A stretch of 64,000 nucleotides of DNA from Eledone cirrhosa (taxonomy: Eukaryota), in contig OZ024758.1 of assembly GCA_964016885.1 (NCBI GenBank), positions 21,080,001 through 21,144,000 of the forward strand, in the 5' to 3' direction. The notes under the pieces were generated by a model. The model made no database searches. It saw nothing but the letters and a program-made list of their open reading frames with translations, and was not told the DNA's origin. Made by a program: the position numbers and the translations under genes. Position 1 is the stretch's first letter, and each line of letters opens with the position of its first letter. Positions 14,186 through 29,290 of the stretch are shown one piece after another.

Positions 14186-15674
14186 CCCCACTCTGAAGCG
14201 CGTGAACCTAATAAACCTTTATTTGTCTGCCTCTCTGTTTTTGTTCTCGTCCAAACTGTTACTATATATATATATTTACATATATATATATAAGTGGTAC
14301 GGTATTTGAAAAGAGAGACAAGCTTGCCTTTCTGGAAGAACGTCCCTAATATGTATATTTTACAATGGATATATGGAAACACAGATTGACATTTCGTATT
14401 GGATTTCTATAACACGAATAAACATAGTTACCGAGAAGAAAAGCCCTGATCTCGAGCAAACATTCAGGCGTATGTCATTCCTCTGCTTTGTGTACAAACA
14501 TGCTGTCTCCTCTAATTCAACACTGATTATTTGATGTCTAAATATATATTGACTACTGTGTAATCTGGTGGAAATAAGGTATACTTAGGGATATGTTATT
14601 GTTAAAGGTAAGCGTTGGTTTATTAAGTACAAAGACAAAACGACATGCCTGTGAAAATATGCCTTGACTACACAAACAGAATGTGATTATTCTGTCTTGC
14701 TTAGAGGAATCACTGCACTTCGGAAGTAGTTTGATTCTAGTAGGGAAACCAATATATTCCACCGTACTACAAATAATCAGCTTTGACTGTCTCTACGCGA
14801 TTTATTGATTTGACCATTTAGTTAATTTCTTGAATATCTAGCGATTCGTTTCATTGTCAAAATGTCAGTATGAAATAATTTCATTTAATGTAACCATATG
14901 TTTTAAATAACAGTTAGCGCTACATCTATTAATGTTTCGCTTACTTGATGGCTTTAATAATGTAAATACGAATCAGACGTAATAAGACTCATAATACATT
15001 AAGCTGACTAAAAGTTAATAATTATCTAAATATACGTTTATGTATTTACTTTACAAGTTTTCTGATGTGAAATCGTGTTTTGAAATCAATATTGTTATAT
15101 ATGGGTATGGTTTTATTGCCAGTTTGCCAATTGAAGAAAACACACGCTGTATAAGATGTTCTCTTCATTTTTACTGTCAGTTAGTTCTAAATATAATTAT
15201 ATGACTTATAGATATAAAGAATCTCCTTCGGTATTTCTGTTTTGGTTTATCAGACATTAGAGCCCACATGTTTTTTTTTTCCTGGAAAATTCAATATGTG
15301 TAACGTAACTCCATCCAAATTGTATGACGATTCTGTCTGTTTTAACAATGGACCACATATACAAAGCTCTCTCAATCGCCAACGCAATTTTTAATGACGC
15401 TTATTCATGGAAAGATAATTTAATGAAATGGAAATTATTTGTCTCTGGTAAGTTAAGCCAATTATTGATAGATGTCTCCCAAGAATCGGTGTATTATTAA
15501 TAGAAATTCTTCATTGTTTTATTGACCTATTCTCGAAAGGATTTCCATATAATAATAGTATAATGTTTGATGATATATACAATCGATCAGTTATTAACAA
15601 ACCACCATTGCATATGATAATTATTGTTGTCTGTTAATTAGACAGGAATATCATATATATATATTTTTTTATTG

Positions 15675-16260
15675 TGAGCCCCCATCTGTCACAAATGATC
15701 ATGGTTTTGTAACTAAAAGGTTTCCCTCCGAGTCAAAAGCCTGTGCAAGATTTGTTTGTGGAAAACCAGCAGTCTCCCATGCATATGAGTCTCTCCTCTC
15801 CACGCCACTAATGTTATCCAAGGGAAAGGCAATGGCTGAAACAAATCTGTTTGTTTGTTTTTATTATTTTTGTTTTAATAATTGTTTCCCCTTTGGGCAC
15901 AATGCCAGCAATTACTCTAGTGTATTACTGGTACTTTATTTTATCGACCCCATAAGGATGAAAGGGATAGTTAATCTCGGAGGGATTTTAGCTCAGACCA
16001 TAAAGGGCCGTAACTCTTTACTACAAATCATGGCGTCCAACCCTCTGACGATACTGCCAAGCCACCACCCTTTGTTTTAATAATACTCCCGTGTTCGCTG
16101 ATATTCGGGTTATAGTTTTTAATCTAAGCTATTAACATAAAGCATTTCTACAGCTGTGTGAACTAGAGCAATATGACATAACTTTGCTCCAGGAGCACAC
16201 AGCGCATCACCCTCTCAATTGCAAGTCCAACGCTCTAACCACTGAGCCATACGACTTCAC
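15675..16260 (-). mobile_element. CORE-type SINE interrupted by a Meta-like SINE (15879-16068)
   Basis: 15675-15840 matches reverse of 110-272; 16085-16260 carries a tRNA-like head; nested copy between. Confidence 0.65.
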
Positions 16261-17469
16261 TATATATGTGAATGTAGCGTACTTCATTGATGTTTAACAA
16301 TAGAAAACACCGTCGCAATTCAAATGTGTTTCACCTTAATAAATAATATAGTAATTTATTGTCTATATGTCTATAATATACTTATCTAACCTCTTGTATA
16401 GTTTAGGCTATGAAAATATGCAAGCGTTGTAATGTATGTGAACCGCTAGGTTTATTTTCGATTTTTTTCTTTTATGTATAAACTAATTTTTTACTGTATG
16501 CATAAGCACAGTAAATTATTCCATGACGTGAATTGCATTTAACGTAGCAGTACACGTTAACATAATATTGATGCTGAGAGGAGAAATAGGTAATCATGTG
16601 TTAATCTCATTTCTTCAAACGAATCACATTAAGGAAATGGGTGTTTAAAGCGACGATGACTCGAACGTCATATATTTCTATTTCAGAGAAATAAATTACA
16701 TGAATATATATGTCAAATGATTCGTCAACAAAATGAAAGTCAAACTTATAAATCAGTTAAACGGTTACTATATCTTAACAGTAAGATCATCAAAGCTATA
16801 TGTGTATTAAACAGGCGGCTTTTACAAAATTCCAAATATTTATTGATTCGATTTTATCTTCTCAGAATTACGGTTTGATGCAAATATCTATTGATCTTTG
16901 TTTCAAATCTGTGCCTGTTTATAAATGGGCGTCAGTTTGTTTTGAGCTAAAACCCATTCAGACTTGAATGGGTTTCAATAACATTGTAATCAGCTTTCTT
17001 GCTTTAAATGAACATATGAAGCTTGAATGAATACCTAACTCAATAATGAATCGGGGTTTAATATGGATACCGACGAAATTACATACTCACATAAACGTAT
17101 CAACTTCAATAGAAATACACGGAAATTCTGGCCTAAATATACGTAAACGAGCATCACCAATACAACGCTATTTATAATTTTGAATAATATTCAATAAGAA
17201 ACCGTGGCAATGAATTTCTTTTAACTCAGGAATTTACACCCGAGTCATCAATGAATGCAAGACGTTATCATTTCCTTACACTCATTACATAAAATGATTA
17301 AATAGAATACATAACATTCATTAAGATTTCTTGATAATGTGTACGTAACGTATCTAAATTTATATAGTTTACTTATAACAACATGTCCTATAAATCAACA
17401 TATCTATTTTCAATGCCTGAAAATACCGTACCGGCGCCACTGGAATAAGGTAATTATTTAACTCATAAA

Positions 17470-17585
17470 TAAGGGCCAGAGAAGACCTGGGCGTTATGAC
17501 AACTAAAGGGTAACTCCACATTCGCCACAGCTCCTGAACTCCCGAACTGGAGCCTTCCCACAGGATGTAGTTTAATGTCATAGAG
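17470..17585 (-). mobile_element. Interspersed repeat (SINE-like) fragment
   Basis: ATGACATTAAAC...GGCTCCAG...GGAGCTGTGGCGAATGTGGAGTTACCC resembles a common cephalopod repeat (from memory, not searched). Confidence 0.4.
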
Positions 17586-18080
17586 CAATGCTTGTATTAT
17601 ATGTTCATAACATATTTTTGATAAACAAGATATGATATCCGAAATCAATTTCAAAATATACAATAAAAATATTGTTTAATATTTAAAATCTGAATAGTTA
17701 AAATTTGTGTTTATAATAACAGACATACATATGTATATTTCTGTATGTGTCTAAATAATGCACTGAGTATATTTTCCAAACGCAGCGACAAGAGCATATT
17801 AATAACTAAACATAGAAATGGAGAAAGAACGTATAGAATGAATCTAATCTAGCGAATGGTTATCAAATAGCAATACGCCAAGTTTGATCAATGACATATT
17901 CAATATATAAACAAACATTCATTTAACAAGAGTGCAGAGTATGTATTTTTGTTTCATGAAAACGTTAAGACGCCATATAGAGAGAAAATAACATGGAATT
18001 CATATTGCAGAAAACCATTGATAGAAATTCAAGACAGACTTATTCTTTTGAAGCGAAAAAAATGATTATACATACCCAGA

Positions 18081-18124
<44 letters not shown>

Positions 18125-19098
18125 ACATAAATACTAATAAAATGGAGGCTTAGTTATATATTCTATCCTTTATAAATTCTGCATACTTATGTTTAAATTG
18201 CGTATAATTTAATCAGGTTATTTTGAAAATAGTGTAGCCAGCAACATGACTACATACACTAATCTATAATTATTGATTATTAGAATCAACAGCAACTTGG
18301 ATATAATAATTCACTATAATATAATTTTCACGAAGGCTGAAAATTTAAAGCATTTAACGAAAGAAGTGTGAGGTGCGATAATGAAGGCACATTTCCCGAA
18401 GTTCACCATGAATTAGCTAAAACCGTTATTGCTATTCAGTGAGACAGGTTTGCTTGCTTAATTCGATAATAGACGAACGTAAGTTTACAAAAAGTTTGTT
18501 TCAAGTTTATTTCGTACATATAATTCCTTAAATGAGAACGAAAACTACTGATTTATAGGCAAAGATAAATAAAATGTTTAACCGTCATTCCTTTCTCAAG
18601 AACACTTTCCATAAGAGTATTGTTTATTGTATTACCCTCTTTAGGTTTTAATGCATGTATGTAAGATATATTTTATTACCTACCACTGAATTATGTGCCG
18701 ATTTAAGCCCCTTGTTAATTGGTTAAAATGTAGCAAATATTCCATTGTTATTCTACGTGTACGAGATAATATATGACATGAATTTACATACATATATCCG
18801 CAGACTAACTCTCACACATATAATCACAAGCACACATACATATATATGTATGTGTGTATACTTATATATATATATAGAGAGAGAGAGAGAGAAAGAGAGA
18901 GAGCGAGAGGGGGAGAGAGAGAGAGGGAGGGAGTTTGTTCCACACCAAATTAACAAACCATACTTGAGACGACCCGTTCGAGGTAAAGGATTCTTCAACT
19001 CGTATATAGTTAAAGTTCTCAAGTGTGGTTTGTAAACTTGTTGTGGAAGTAAGTCTATACCGAACTCGGTATTTGGATATAATCTCTCGGTTTTCCAC

Positions 19099-19150
<52 letters not shown>

Positions 19151-19299
19151 GTGTATGTGTGTGTGTGTATATATATATAATGCACTCATCTTTTTCCATA
19201 TCTTAGAAGGTTCTAAACCCCACTGTCAGGCTAAATTTTGTTTAGTCAAAAAGCTTCTATTTCTAATTGCTCGCTGTTTCACAACAAACTTACTTCTTG

Positions 19300-19337
<38 letters not shown>

Positions 19338-19522
19338 TTATATATATAATATCAATATATAAAGGGAACAAAGAATCAGTATTGCATCATATACATATTT
19401 AATCAAATATTACATATGTTTCATTGTCGATATCGGCTCGAGGAACGATCTATTATTGATCAAACCAGACTCTGATATCGGATACTGCTCAAATTTCTTC
19501 TGATATGTAGACTCGCGTCTGA

Positions 19523-19576
<54 letters not shown>

Positions 19577-19832
19577 TTATTCTTTTATATATACATATAT
19601 ATAATAAATGTGAAGTCGAAAATCCGAAGAGGGCTCGACAAGGATAATACATATATAAAAATATATAAAAATATAAAACCATAGAGCAAATGTTTATAAA
19701 AATAATAGATTAAAGTTTAATCAAAGAATCGCTACTTTCACCCGTAACGGAAACTTCCGAATATCCCGTTAAGGGTGAACGCAGCGATTCTTTGCTTAAA
19801 CTGTAATCTGTTATTTTTATATATATACACAC

Positions 19833-19889
<57 letters not shown>

Positions 19890-19892
<3 letters not shown>

Positions 19893-20369
19893 GGAAAAAA
19901 TGAAACGAAATTTCATTTCCCACTCTTAGTACGGCTGTTACTTAAATGTAAGTATGTACACGTACATACATATATGTATACAGACGTACAGTAGTATGTA
20001 TACATATATACATACATGCACACATATATATATGTACGTATGGATTCACCGAACATTTATTATAATGCTCAGTGTGTTTGTAAACAAACATCCCATATTA
20101 AGCCGTAGTATCTAGCAACGATCGTTGCTCCTTTGTTCAACACTGACAAAGGAACCCTGTACTAGTTGCAAGCTTATTAGCTATCGTCAGCAACGTATAC
20201 CAGGTGGACCATAACACACTAAAGTACTCAATACTTAGGGTAGTAGAGTGGGTAATAGGAACGAGTAGGACCCCGACGGCTGAGCTCAAGCCGGTTCGAC
20301 GGCTAATTCTGGGTCCAGAATTAGCCGCCGAAACACGGCTTGAGCTGAGCCGTCGTGGTCCTACTCGTT

Positions 20370-20373
<4 letters not shown>
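19890..20373 (-). mobile_element. Short PLE-like element (family E) with minimal hammerhead and terminal ~115-bp palindrome
   Basis: Inverse-matches 33843-34275 and 33366-33512; HHR-like CTGACGA TAGCT AATA AGCTT GCAA CTAG TA at ~20151-20195 (-); palindrome 20257-20373; (TA)n both sides. Confidence 0.7.
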
Positions 20374-20440
<67 letters not shown>

Positions 20441-21015
20441 GAGATTATCCATTCGCTGCCATAAGAAATATCCTGTCTTGGCTCATATAGTAGATTGGAA
20501 CAAGATAGATTCATACATTTCCTACGTCAGGTATGTTGATTGCGAGAACAATTATATGCACGCATATGTCCTCAATTTCATATTCTCCACATTAGTTTAA
20601 AGGTATATATCTTCTAGTATATCACTTATATATGCTGTCATATTCAATTCTTAAAACTGTACTCAAATAGTCATGCTTTACTTTGGGGAGTTTTCCGGAT
20701 ATATAAAGACAATTTTCAATAACTGCCGTCTGTGAAATATTAGTATATTTCTTTCCTTTAAATCCTCGGGGAGGAACATATTTTCATTTCTGAGTAAAAT
20801 CGGATATGATCGACGATTAAATAGTAAATATTGGATATAAGATATGAAGAATTTTGGATAAATTCGTAAGTTAATTAACTTTCATCAAACAAGTAAACAC
20901 TGTATGGTGAGATAATGTTTATTTTATAAAAGATATGATAACATTATATATATATATATATAATAAATCGGGAAAGAAGAGTGACATGGTTTGCTATACA
21001 AAAAAGGTTTTTAAT

Positions 21016-21131
21016 CTCATTGCTGACAAATGTTTCTCTGAATTGGTAGGTCTGATCGCTATCCGCTTATTTTCACGTTACCCGATCGCCAATACAAAGT
21101 TATAACCAATAAGTTCATCGGAGCTTGCGAG
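21016..21131 (-). ncRNA. Degenerate hammerhead with long stem II
   Basis: GCT CCGATGA ...ATTGGT...ACCAAT... GAAA CATTTG TC AGC; U4 mutated; flanks related to 29590-29790. Confidence 0.5.
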
Positions 21132-21161
21132 AATGTGGATATAACAATTATTTGTTACCCC

Positions 21162-21193
<32 letters not shown>

Positions 21194-21467
21194 TGGTAAA
21201 CGGAATAGAAAATGCTGACAAATTGTTCACAGTTGAAAAATGGTTTAATTAGGAATAAAAGGGGTATTAGTGATTGTATGGGTTAGTATTCAGTTGTTGT
21301 TTTAAGTTTTTAAGTTTTTACCGGTTGCGCATTTCTAAATGCTTTTCAAAAATAATTTTGAGATAGAGTGTCCGTGTTGTTTGCCCTGATCAGAACAATT
21401 TGTCAGCATGTTCTATTCCGTTTACCAATATATAATAACTTGTGTGTTACACCTCTATTCTTTTAAC

Positions 21468-21521
<54 letters not shown>

Positions 21522-21691
21522 TGTGTATGTGTGTGTGTGTGTATGTGCATACATATAAACATGTTTGAGTGCCTGCTGGTGTAAGGGTGTGTGTGAGTTG
21601 GGGTTGAATGAGTCCGTGTCACCGTGTGTGTGCCGAGTGTGTAATTATATATACATCCATATGCATATATATATATAATATATATATATGC

Positions 21692-21762
<71 letters not shown>

Positions 21763-22363
21763 TATATATATATATAATATATATATGTGTGTGTGTATAT
21801 ATATATAAATATATATATATGTATATATATACATATATATATGTAAGTATGTATGTATGTATGTGTGTGCGCGTGCCTGTGTGTGTAGAATTTACCTAAA
21901 TGTAGAGCATGAGAATAGCGTAGTTATTTTTACATCTGAAATAAAGAAACACGGCTACCTAGTTTCTACATTTAAAATCGATTTTCAATAACAATCATCA
22001 TTAAAATCTTACAAAACCTAGCTGAAAGTTTTAATAGTCCCTGCGGAGGGTAATGGATATAAATTGAAATGATAATTTGATATGATCAGGTGCTGAGCAT
22101 TGTGTGTAAGTGAATGCAGATAATCTAATGAAGTAATTTAAAGTTGTTAAAACAAATACACACTCTGGGGGCAAATATTTACTATATACTTATTGAAAAT
22201 GTTCGAAAGGAACAGAAGAAAAATACTGATTAATTTAATTTGGCTGTCCGAACTGGACACTGGCAACGATTAATATGTTCCCTTAACAGGAGTCACGAAG
22301 TCCATTAGTTTGATATGTTGCATAATTTATATACACACCAAATATATACGCACAAATGTACAC

Positions 22364-22404
<41 letters not shown>

Positions 22405-22619
22405 CGTTTCTGAATTTGTTTAGCAAGATTCTTTATCTGAAATCGTGTGTTGAAACCGATATTGTTATACTTTGGGAGGGTCATGTTGCCAATAAGAAAC
22501 ACACGCACCAGTTGCTTTCACTTCAATTTAATTTAATATATATTTATAAATTTACAAATTTATAAATTTCTGGTTGGTTGGTTGGTTCCACAACCAGATA
22601 GTTGTTTATATATATATAA

Positions 22620-23710
22620 TAAAATAAACTAAAATAATATATACTAAAATAAACTAAAATAAATAAGTCAAATGTTTAAAATTTGACTTCGTTTATTACT
22701 GTTATATATATATTTCGGTGACAGCCATCTTTGGCTGAGACTCTCTATTCAGGCAGTCCGAATTAGTGTGGTAGAGACGAGTACACATGTTGTTGAGGTG
22801 TTTAAATTTGTCAATACTCTGATATGCCCAGTTCCTGGTTGGGTTGTTATTTCACTGATATAGGAGTGGACGCTGAAAAATCACGTGATACAACCCACCC
22901 TACTCAGCGACCCCAAAGAACAGCTTTATCCGATCATTCTTTGGAGCACTTGATAAATGCTTCTCGAGGGACCATATATACCACAATATCTTCAACAGAC
23001 ACAAACTGAAGCTCTCGTATTCCACCACGAGAAATCTGGCCCAACACATAGCTAGCATCAACAGGAGTAGGCTTAAAAACCACACACATCCAGAAATGGC
23101 CATATAAGCACCCAGCAGAACCATGTGGAAGGAGGGAAGGGGGGACCCAGTGCCCACTCAATAAACTCAATCAGACCCCCCCCCCCTCCCCACCGTGCCC
23201 GGGGGAAGACTACATGTAATACGTAACGGGAACCTCACACTAGGCACGCAGAGGTCGACCACAATCTGCAACTGCAGAAATCCCGAATCATGCCCCTTAG
23301 TAATGAGTACCTTAAGAAGAACCTAATATAGGTCAGATGTACTTAACAATAACAAGAACAACCACTACAGATTGCCTCGCCTCAGAACGAATTTCTATAG
23401 ACTTTTGACTGAGGAATGTTCTGACAATTGAACAATGAGAGGAGAAGATGTCCTTTGACGCTGAAATTCGTTTGTTTAAATTCATATGATTCCAGTTCCT
23501 CAGGGAAATAACAACCCAACCAGGAACTGGGCATATCAGAGTATTGGCAAAGTTAAACACCTCAACAACATATGTACTCGTCTCTATCACACTAATTCGG
23601 ACTGCCTGAAGAGGTCACAGCCAAAGATGGGTGTCACCGAAATATATATAGCAGTAATAAACGAAGCTAAATTTTAAACATTTGACTTATTTATTTTAGT
23701 TTATTTTACA
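22620..23710 (+). mobile_element. Decayed Naiad-type PLE (family C) with inverted terminal copies
   Basis: Remnant translation FFGALDKCFSRDHIYHNIFNRHKLKLSYSTTRNLAQHIASIN (~22938-23063) and CNCRNPESCPL (~23266-23298) homologous to the ORFs at 40099 and 60027; ~22650-22850 inverted relative to ~23500-23710. Confidence 0.8.
23601..23655 (+). ncRNA. Type-I hammerhead ribozyme
   Basis: ACTGC CTGAAGA GGTCACAGCC-AAAGAT-GGGTGTCACC GAAA TATATA TA GCAGT; perfect core and stem I; degenerate inverted copy at 22698-22757. Confidence 0.85.
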
Positions 23711-23962
23711 TTACTCCGGAGTAACCAAAACAACCTGCGCACTTCGTCGAGTGCTCCAATCTGCATACTGAGCTGTTGGTATACAACCAACATATACTCA
23801 AAATCTCTCTCTCTATATATATATTTGTTTATTTATTAAAATAACAGATTAAAGTTTAAGCAAATAGTCGGTGCTTTCACCCTTAACAGGATCTTATATG
23901 TTTGATACATATTTATCCTTATCGAGCCCTCTTTGGATTTTAGTCTTCAAATTTATTTGTAT

Positions 23963-24030
<68 letters not shown>

Positions 24031-24579
24031 TTATTTATTTATATTTTTGTATGTGTGTATATATATATATCAATTAACGTTGCTCTACAATCTTTCTAAG
24101 GAAACATGTAGACATAACTATATTTCCACTTGGCGATTGTTAATATAAAATTTGAATTGTGTTTATATGAAAGAAATAATTATTGTTAAATATATAAATA
24201 ACTGATTCAATTTACAACTGATTTTTTCTTAAATATTTAATTATTAAAAGATTCAATATACTCTTTTAGCTCGAAATAGAATTTATTAATTAAATCTTCA
24301 AATTAATTTTACCATGTCAACGTAATTATTCATGACGAATATAATTAAGAAATATACAAAGGATTTTGTTCATTCGTTCTTCCCTAACTATCATCCATCT
24401 CACACCAATCATTCACTCCTCTCTTTTGTATATTGTATTGCTCGCAGGGTCCTGCTAATTGAAGTTGTTTACACTAAGACCTTTCGCCTACTTTTGAAAT
24501 AACTATACTAAGAAAAAAAGACCACAACAAATATTTCCACCTTTAATCCAAAGAAGAACAATATTAATACAAACTTAAA

Positions 24580-24900
24580 TAGGTTTGTGGTGCTACACGA
24601 GAATGCTGAGGATGGATCTGAATATTAATCAGTATACACTGTGGATGATGATCTCAGAGGTGTACGGGAGCCTCCCAAACATCAGCTCGAATGTAGCACA
24701 GAGGAGACTGAGTTTAGCTGGACATGTTCGCTGACATCCAGAGTTGACACTGGGACACACTGGAAGAGCGAGACCCAGGTTTACATATGTTGATGCCCTA
24801 AGGACAGACACTGGTCTGTTGGAGACGCAGGACATGGTAGAAATGATGAGGGACAGAGACCGCTAGAGAGAACTCGTCCATGGATCTTGCGGAATTTTAC
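24580..24900 (+). mobile_element. RTE/RTE-X LINE 3' fragment
   Basis: Remnant CYTRMLRM...YGSLPNIS...RRLSLAGHVR*HP...RFTYVDALRTDTG...MMRDR. Confidence 0.65.
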
Positions 24901-25523
24901 CCAACCTAGATAGATATATAAGTGTTTATGCCAAAATAAATTCTTTTTCATAATCAAGTAAATTTTAAAAAACACAATATTAGAAATTACCTTCTTTGGC
25001 TTCGATGGTAGGTGACTTGCTTGTTCGATCCTCAGAACATGTACCTACGAAATTATCATGTAGAAGGTTGAGTATTACATCCGACGTGAAGGTTTTGATT
25101 TATAAAATTATATTTGATTTATAATCAATAATATTCCGGAATCTAGTAAGTGATGAAAAGTAATTAAGTAAAAGAAATGAAGCAAAACAATTGGTTCGAA
25201 ATATAATTAGAAGAATGAAAACAATAACCCCACTAAAATGAGTTGAAATCGATTTGTCAAGATAAAGGTCATTAACCTATGTCAACACGATTTGTTTCTT
25301 TTACATCCTATAGATGATATTTTCGAAATATATATATATTTGGCGTGTCAGTGAACCATGACGTATATTTGTATTTCACTATTTGTCTTTTGTCTTAGTT
25401 TATGTTTGTTCAAATAATAAACATTCACGAATATGTCCACATTTTAATTCGTGGTTTTCTAGTGTAAGCACATGCTGATATTGGACGACTTTTCGTCATA
25501 TCCGTTCTGTTTATGTATGTATA

Positions 25524-25577
<54 letters not shown>

Positions 25578-25700
25578 ATATAGAAAAGGGTTTTACAGGA
25601 CTTCTATTTCATTCGGGAGAAATCATTATACTCTGCTTCGTATTGAGTATCTTACTTACTGTGGCTACCCCATATTGAAGCCGGGATAAACTTATATATA

Positions 25701-25757
<57 letters not shown>

Positions 25758-25780
25758 TATGTGTGTGTGTGTGTGTGTGT

Positions 25781-26102
25781 AGAGGTTATATTTAATTTGT
25801 TGGGATACAAGCAAAATATATTTATAACTGATATAAAGCATTCACCAAATTAATTGGAGTAAATATACAATATATTAACAAATGGAAACTATATTTATAA
25901 AACCATATTTATTTCATTATGCAGGAGACTCCGACCGTGAAGGTTGCATTTCTCAGGGTATGTCAATATTTATTTATAAAACTAATCTATATTATATTTT
26001 ATCTGATGAACGCGCACCATAATTTGCCTTGGTGGCCCTTGATATATGTATAATGAAATAAATATGGTTTTATAAATATAGTTTCCATTTGTTAATATAT
26101 TG

Positions 26103-26105
<3 letters not shown>
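25781..26105. mobile_element. Fold-back PLE terminal fragment (family A) with degenerate hammerhead
   Basis: 25863-25921 inverted at 26048-26105; CTGATGA at 26003, GAAA mutated to GATA. Confidence 0.7.
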
Positions 26106-26135
<30 letters not shown>

Positions 26136-26297
26136 CAATGTGCTCTATTCCTGGTTAATATAGCTGTTATAGATCAGTCAATATCTCAATATGATCAACC
26201 CTCCGAAACGATCGTCAAGCAATGATATGTTATTATTTCCATTGTTAAATCAATATATATATATTTAAAAACACCTTTATAATTCCCATGTTATAAT

Positions 26298-26476
26298 AAT
26301 TGTTCCTACATTTGGCACAATGCCATCAATTACCCGAGTGTATTACTGGTACTTTATTTTATCGACCCCGAAAGGCAAAGTTAACCTCGGCGGGATTTGA
26401 ACTCAGATAATAAAGGGCCGTAACTCTTTGCTGCAAAGCATGGCGTCAGACCCTCTACCGATACTGCCAATCCACC
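26298..26476 (-). mobile_element. Meta-domain-like SINE copy
   Basis: Similar to 13214-13400. Confidence 0.8.
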
Positions 26477-27905
26477 TAATAGGTAGTTATAATGATGTAG
26501 TTAAACATATTGTGTATTTGTTGCAGTGGAACAGAGAGGAGGAACAGACAGATTAATGTGTACGCTATCTCCTTTATTATAATACAGAACACTGATCACA
26601 TTCGCAAAAGCAAATAATATAAATAAAAGGAAAGGAATTTGATAAATACTATTAACTATGTGACTTGTCAGAGCAATGAAAAGGAAACTGAAAAGTAACG
26701 GGACAAGAAGGAACTAGGAAAGGCTGGAATAATAATCGTTCTACAAAATATTAATTGTGTGAGTGAGTTTGTTGTGTAAGTACAAGTTATTTGTCTATAT
26801 ACCTATATATGTCTGCGATTGTATGTAAGTCTGATTTTGAGATCTTGTGTAAATTCGAGCGTAGCTTTGTTTTCTTCAAATAATCTTTTGTATTTCATTT
26901 AAAACAAAAAGTGAAATAATGTTTATTCATATCCAGTAGTTAATACTCAATGCTTCTAGCATGAATTATTTAATCTTGTTCATAATTGTATGTAGAATTG
27001 TTTTCAAGGCTTTGATTTCTAATAGTACTTATTAATATTTGGAATTGCTGCAAGTAATAATTCCTTCCTTTCAAATATTCCTAAAATCAACTTTGAATTA
27101 ATAATCAGTTATGAACGCCTTTATTGGTTTTATGTATAGATAGTATCATGGTTAAACCATGTGCTGAATTTTTTATTGCTTTTGACGAATTGGGCAATAT
27201 GAGCTTGTATTAGTTATTGCTAATATATTGTCAGCCTTGACAATTTACGCCGCCCCGTAATATACAAATTTCTATATTGTTAAATATTTCATTTACATAA
27301 AGCATACCCTAACATGTAGGCATATCAGGCTCTTTAGAAATACTATGCAATGTCATTAACATCATACGCGCTGGGGTCGATTTAATCGACATCCACCTCC
27401 CCCAAATTGCAGTGCTGACCTTGTGCTTAAAGAAGAAACCATTATTAACTCCAGATGAACAAATAGAGTTTTAAAGTATGCATTCGGATACATATATGTA
27501 ACTACATAGATGGAGAGACACATAGAAACTCCCGACTGAGCAGTAAATGTTGGCATAAATATATTACGTGTACTTGTCATGGAAATAAGAACATTTTTTG
27601 AGTATAGCTGTGTGAGTCCTGAATAGATGTGCCATGTCATCAGCTGTCACGTAATACTCAATTCAGGCTTGACTGATCTAAGGGAAGAAAATTAGGTTAG
27701 GTTGAGAAACAATGCTGAGATCAACAACTTATTAGATATAACTACATTTACCGCAAACTATAGGATACCAGCAGCTTTTTCAGACAACGTAGAACATATT
27801 GGAATTGTTAAAAAAATAAATATTCTTCAAAATATGATGTTCGTTAATTAAATATTTTATAATATGCATAATAATTGTTGTTTGTCTCTCATTTGCAGTT
27901 AATGC

Positions 27906-28009
<104 letters not shown>

Positions 28010-28229
28010 TATTATGGTTTGGTGAAGATGTTGGGTTGGAGCAAGGCTACAACGAGAAATAATTCTAATAACATTAATTATACGGTAGAAAAAATATTTT
28101 GATAAAATCAACAAATGAATAGAACACTATCATCATTTTAGTATAGGTAGTGACTATATAAACTATAGAAGATGTGGCCCGCGAGCCAGGGATTACTGAG
28201 CCTTGCTATAGATAGTAACTAAGGGCAAA

Positions 28230-28619
28230 TAATTGTTTCTATTTTTGGCACAAGGCCAGCAATTAACAAGTGCATTACTGGTACTTTATTTTATCGACCC
28301 CGTAAGGATGAAAGGCAAAGTCAACCTCGGTGGGATCTAAGGGCAAATAATGATTAAAGATACCAACAAACATTTGTTCTGATAAATCATGTAAATGATG
28401 TCATTTGAATGGAGGGTATCACCCACACTATTAACTGCTGCCCAAATATGAAACTTTCACGTAATATATGACATTGTCCCCAAAACAATTGACATGATTT
28501 TCTGTTGATTTCATAATATCGAGGTTAACTTGTCCTTTCATCCATACGGCGTCGATAAAAGAAAGTACTAGTAATGCACTGGGGTGAATGCTAGCCTTGT
28601 GCTAAAAGAAGAAACAATT
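28230..28619. mobile_element. Two truncated Meta-like SINE copies in opposite orientation (28230-28337 -, 28518-28619 +)
   Basis: Both carry the TCATCC...GTCGATAAAA..AAGTAC core. Confidence 0.7.
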
Positions 28620-29044
28620 ATATTGTATTGTATTCTATTGTGTATGTGGATGTATATAAGCTTAAGAAAGTTAACACAGAAAGGATAATACAACAAATGG
28701 AAACAAGACAAAGTGAAAAACTTTTTTTTACGGGAAAACCTTTAAAAATTATCTTTTTAGAATAAAAATACAAACGAACGACACAAAAGTTGATGGTTGA
28801 CTCCCGTTGGCAGTTTCGACCAACAGTATTTCTGGTCCATCCGGGGTGACAGCGTGTGACGGATGCATGGAAGCGCAAATGTATTGATCTGTATGCAATT
28901 GTATCTGTATATGCATGTATGGGTATGGCCCGTAGAGGAATGAGATACACCGGGACCGGGTTGTATTTTTCCAAGGCACGCGACATACACTGCGTTCCAC
29001 GTGCTTGGTTGGTGGTTAATGAAGGGAAATGTGAAGTGATGCGT

Positions 29045-29101
<57 letters not shown>

Positions 29102-29113
29102 ACATATATATAT

Positions 29114-29144
<31 letters not shown>

Positions 29145-29174
29145 CACATATATACATGTACATATATACATATG

Positions 29175-29231
<57 letters not shown>

Positions 29232-29251
29232 ATATATATATACATATATAC

Positions 29252-29290
<39 letters not shown>

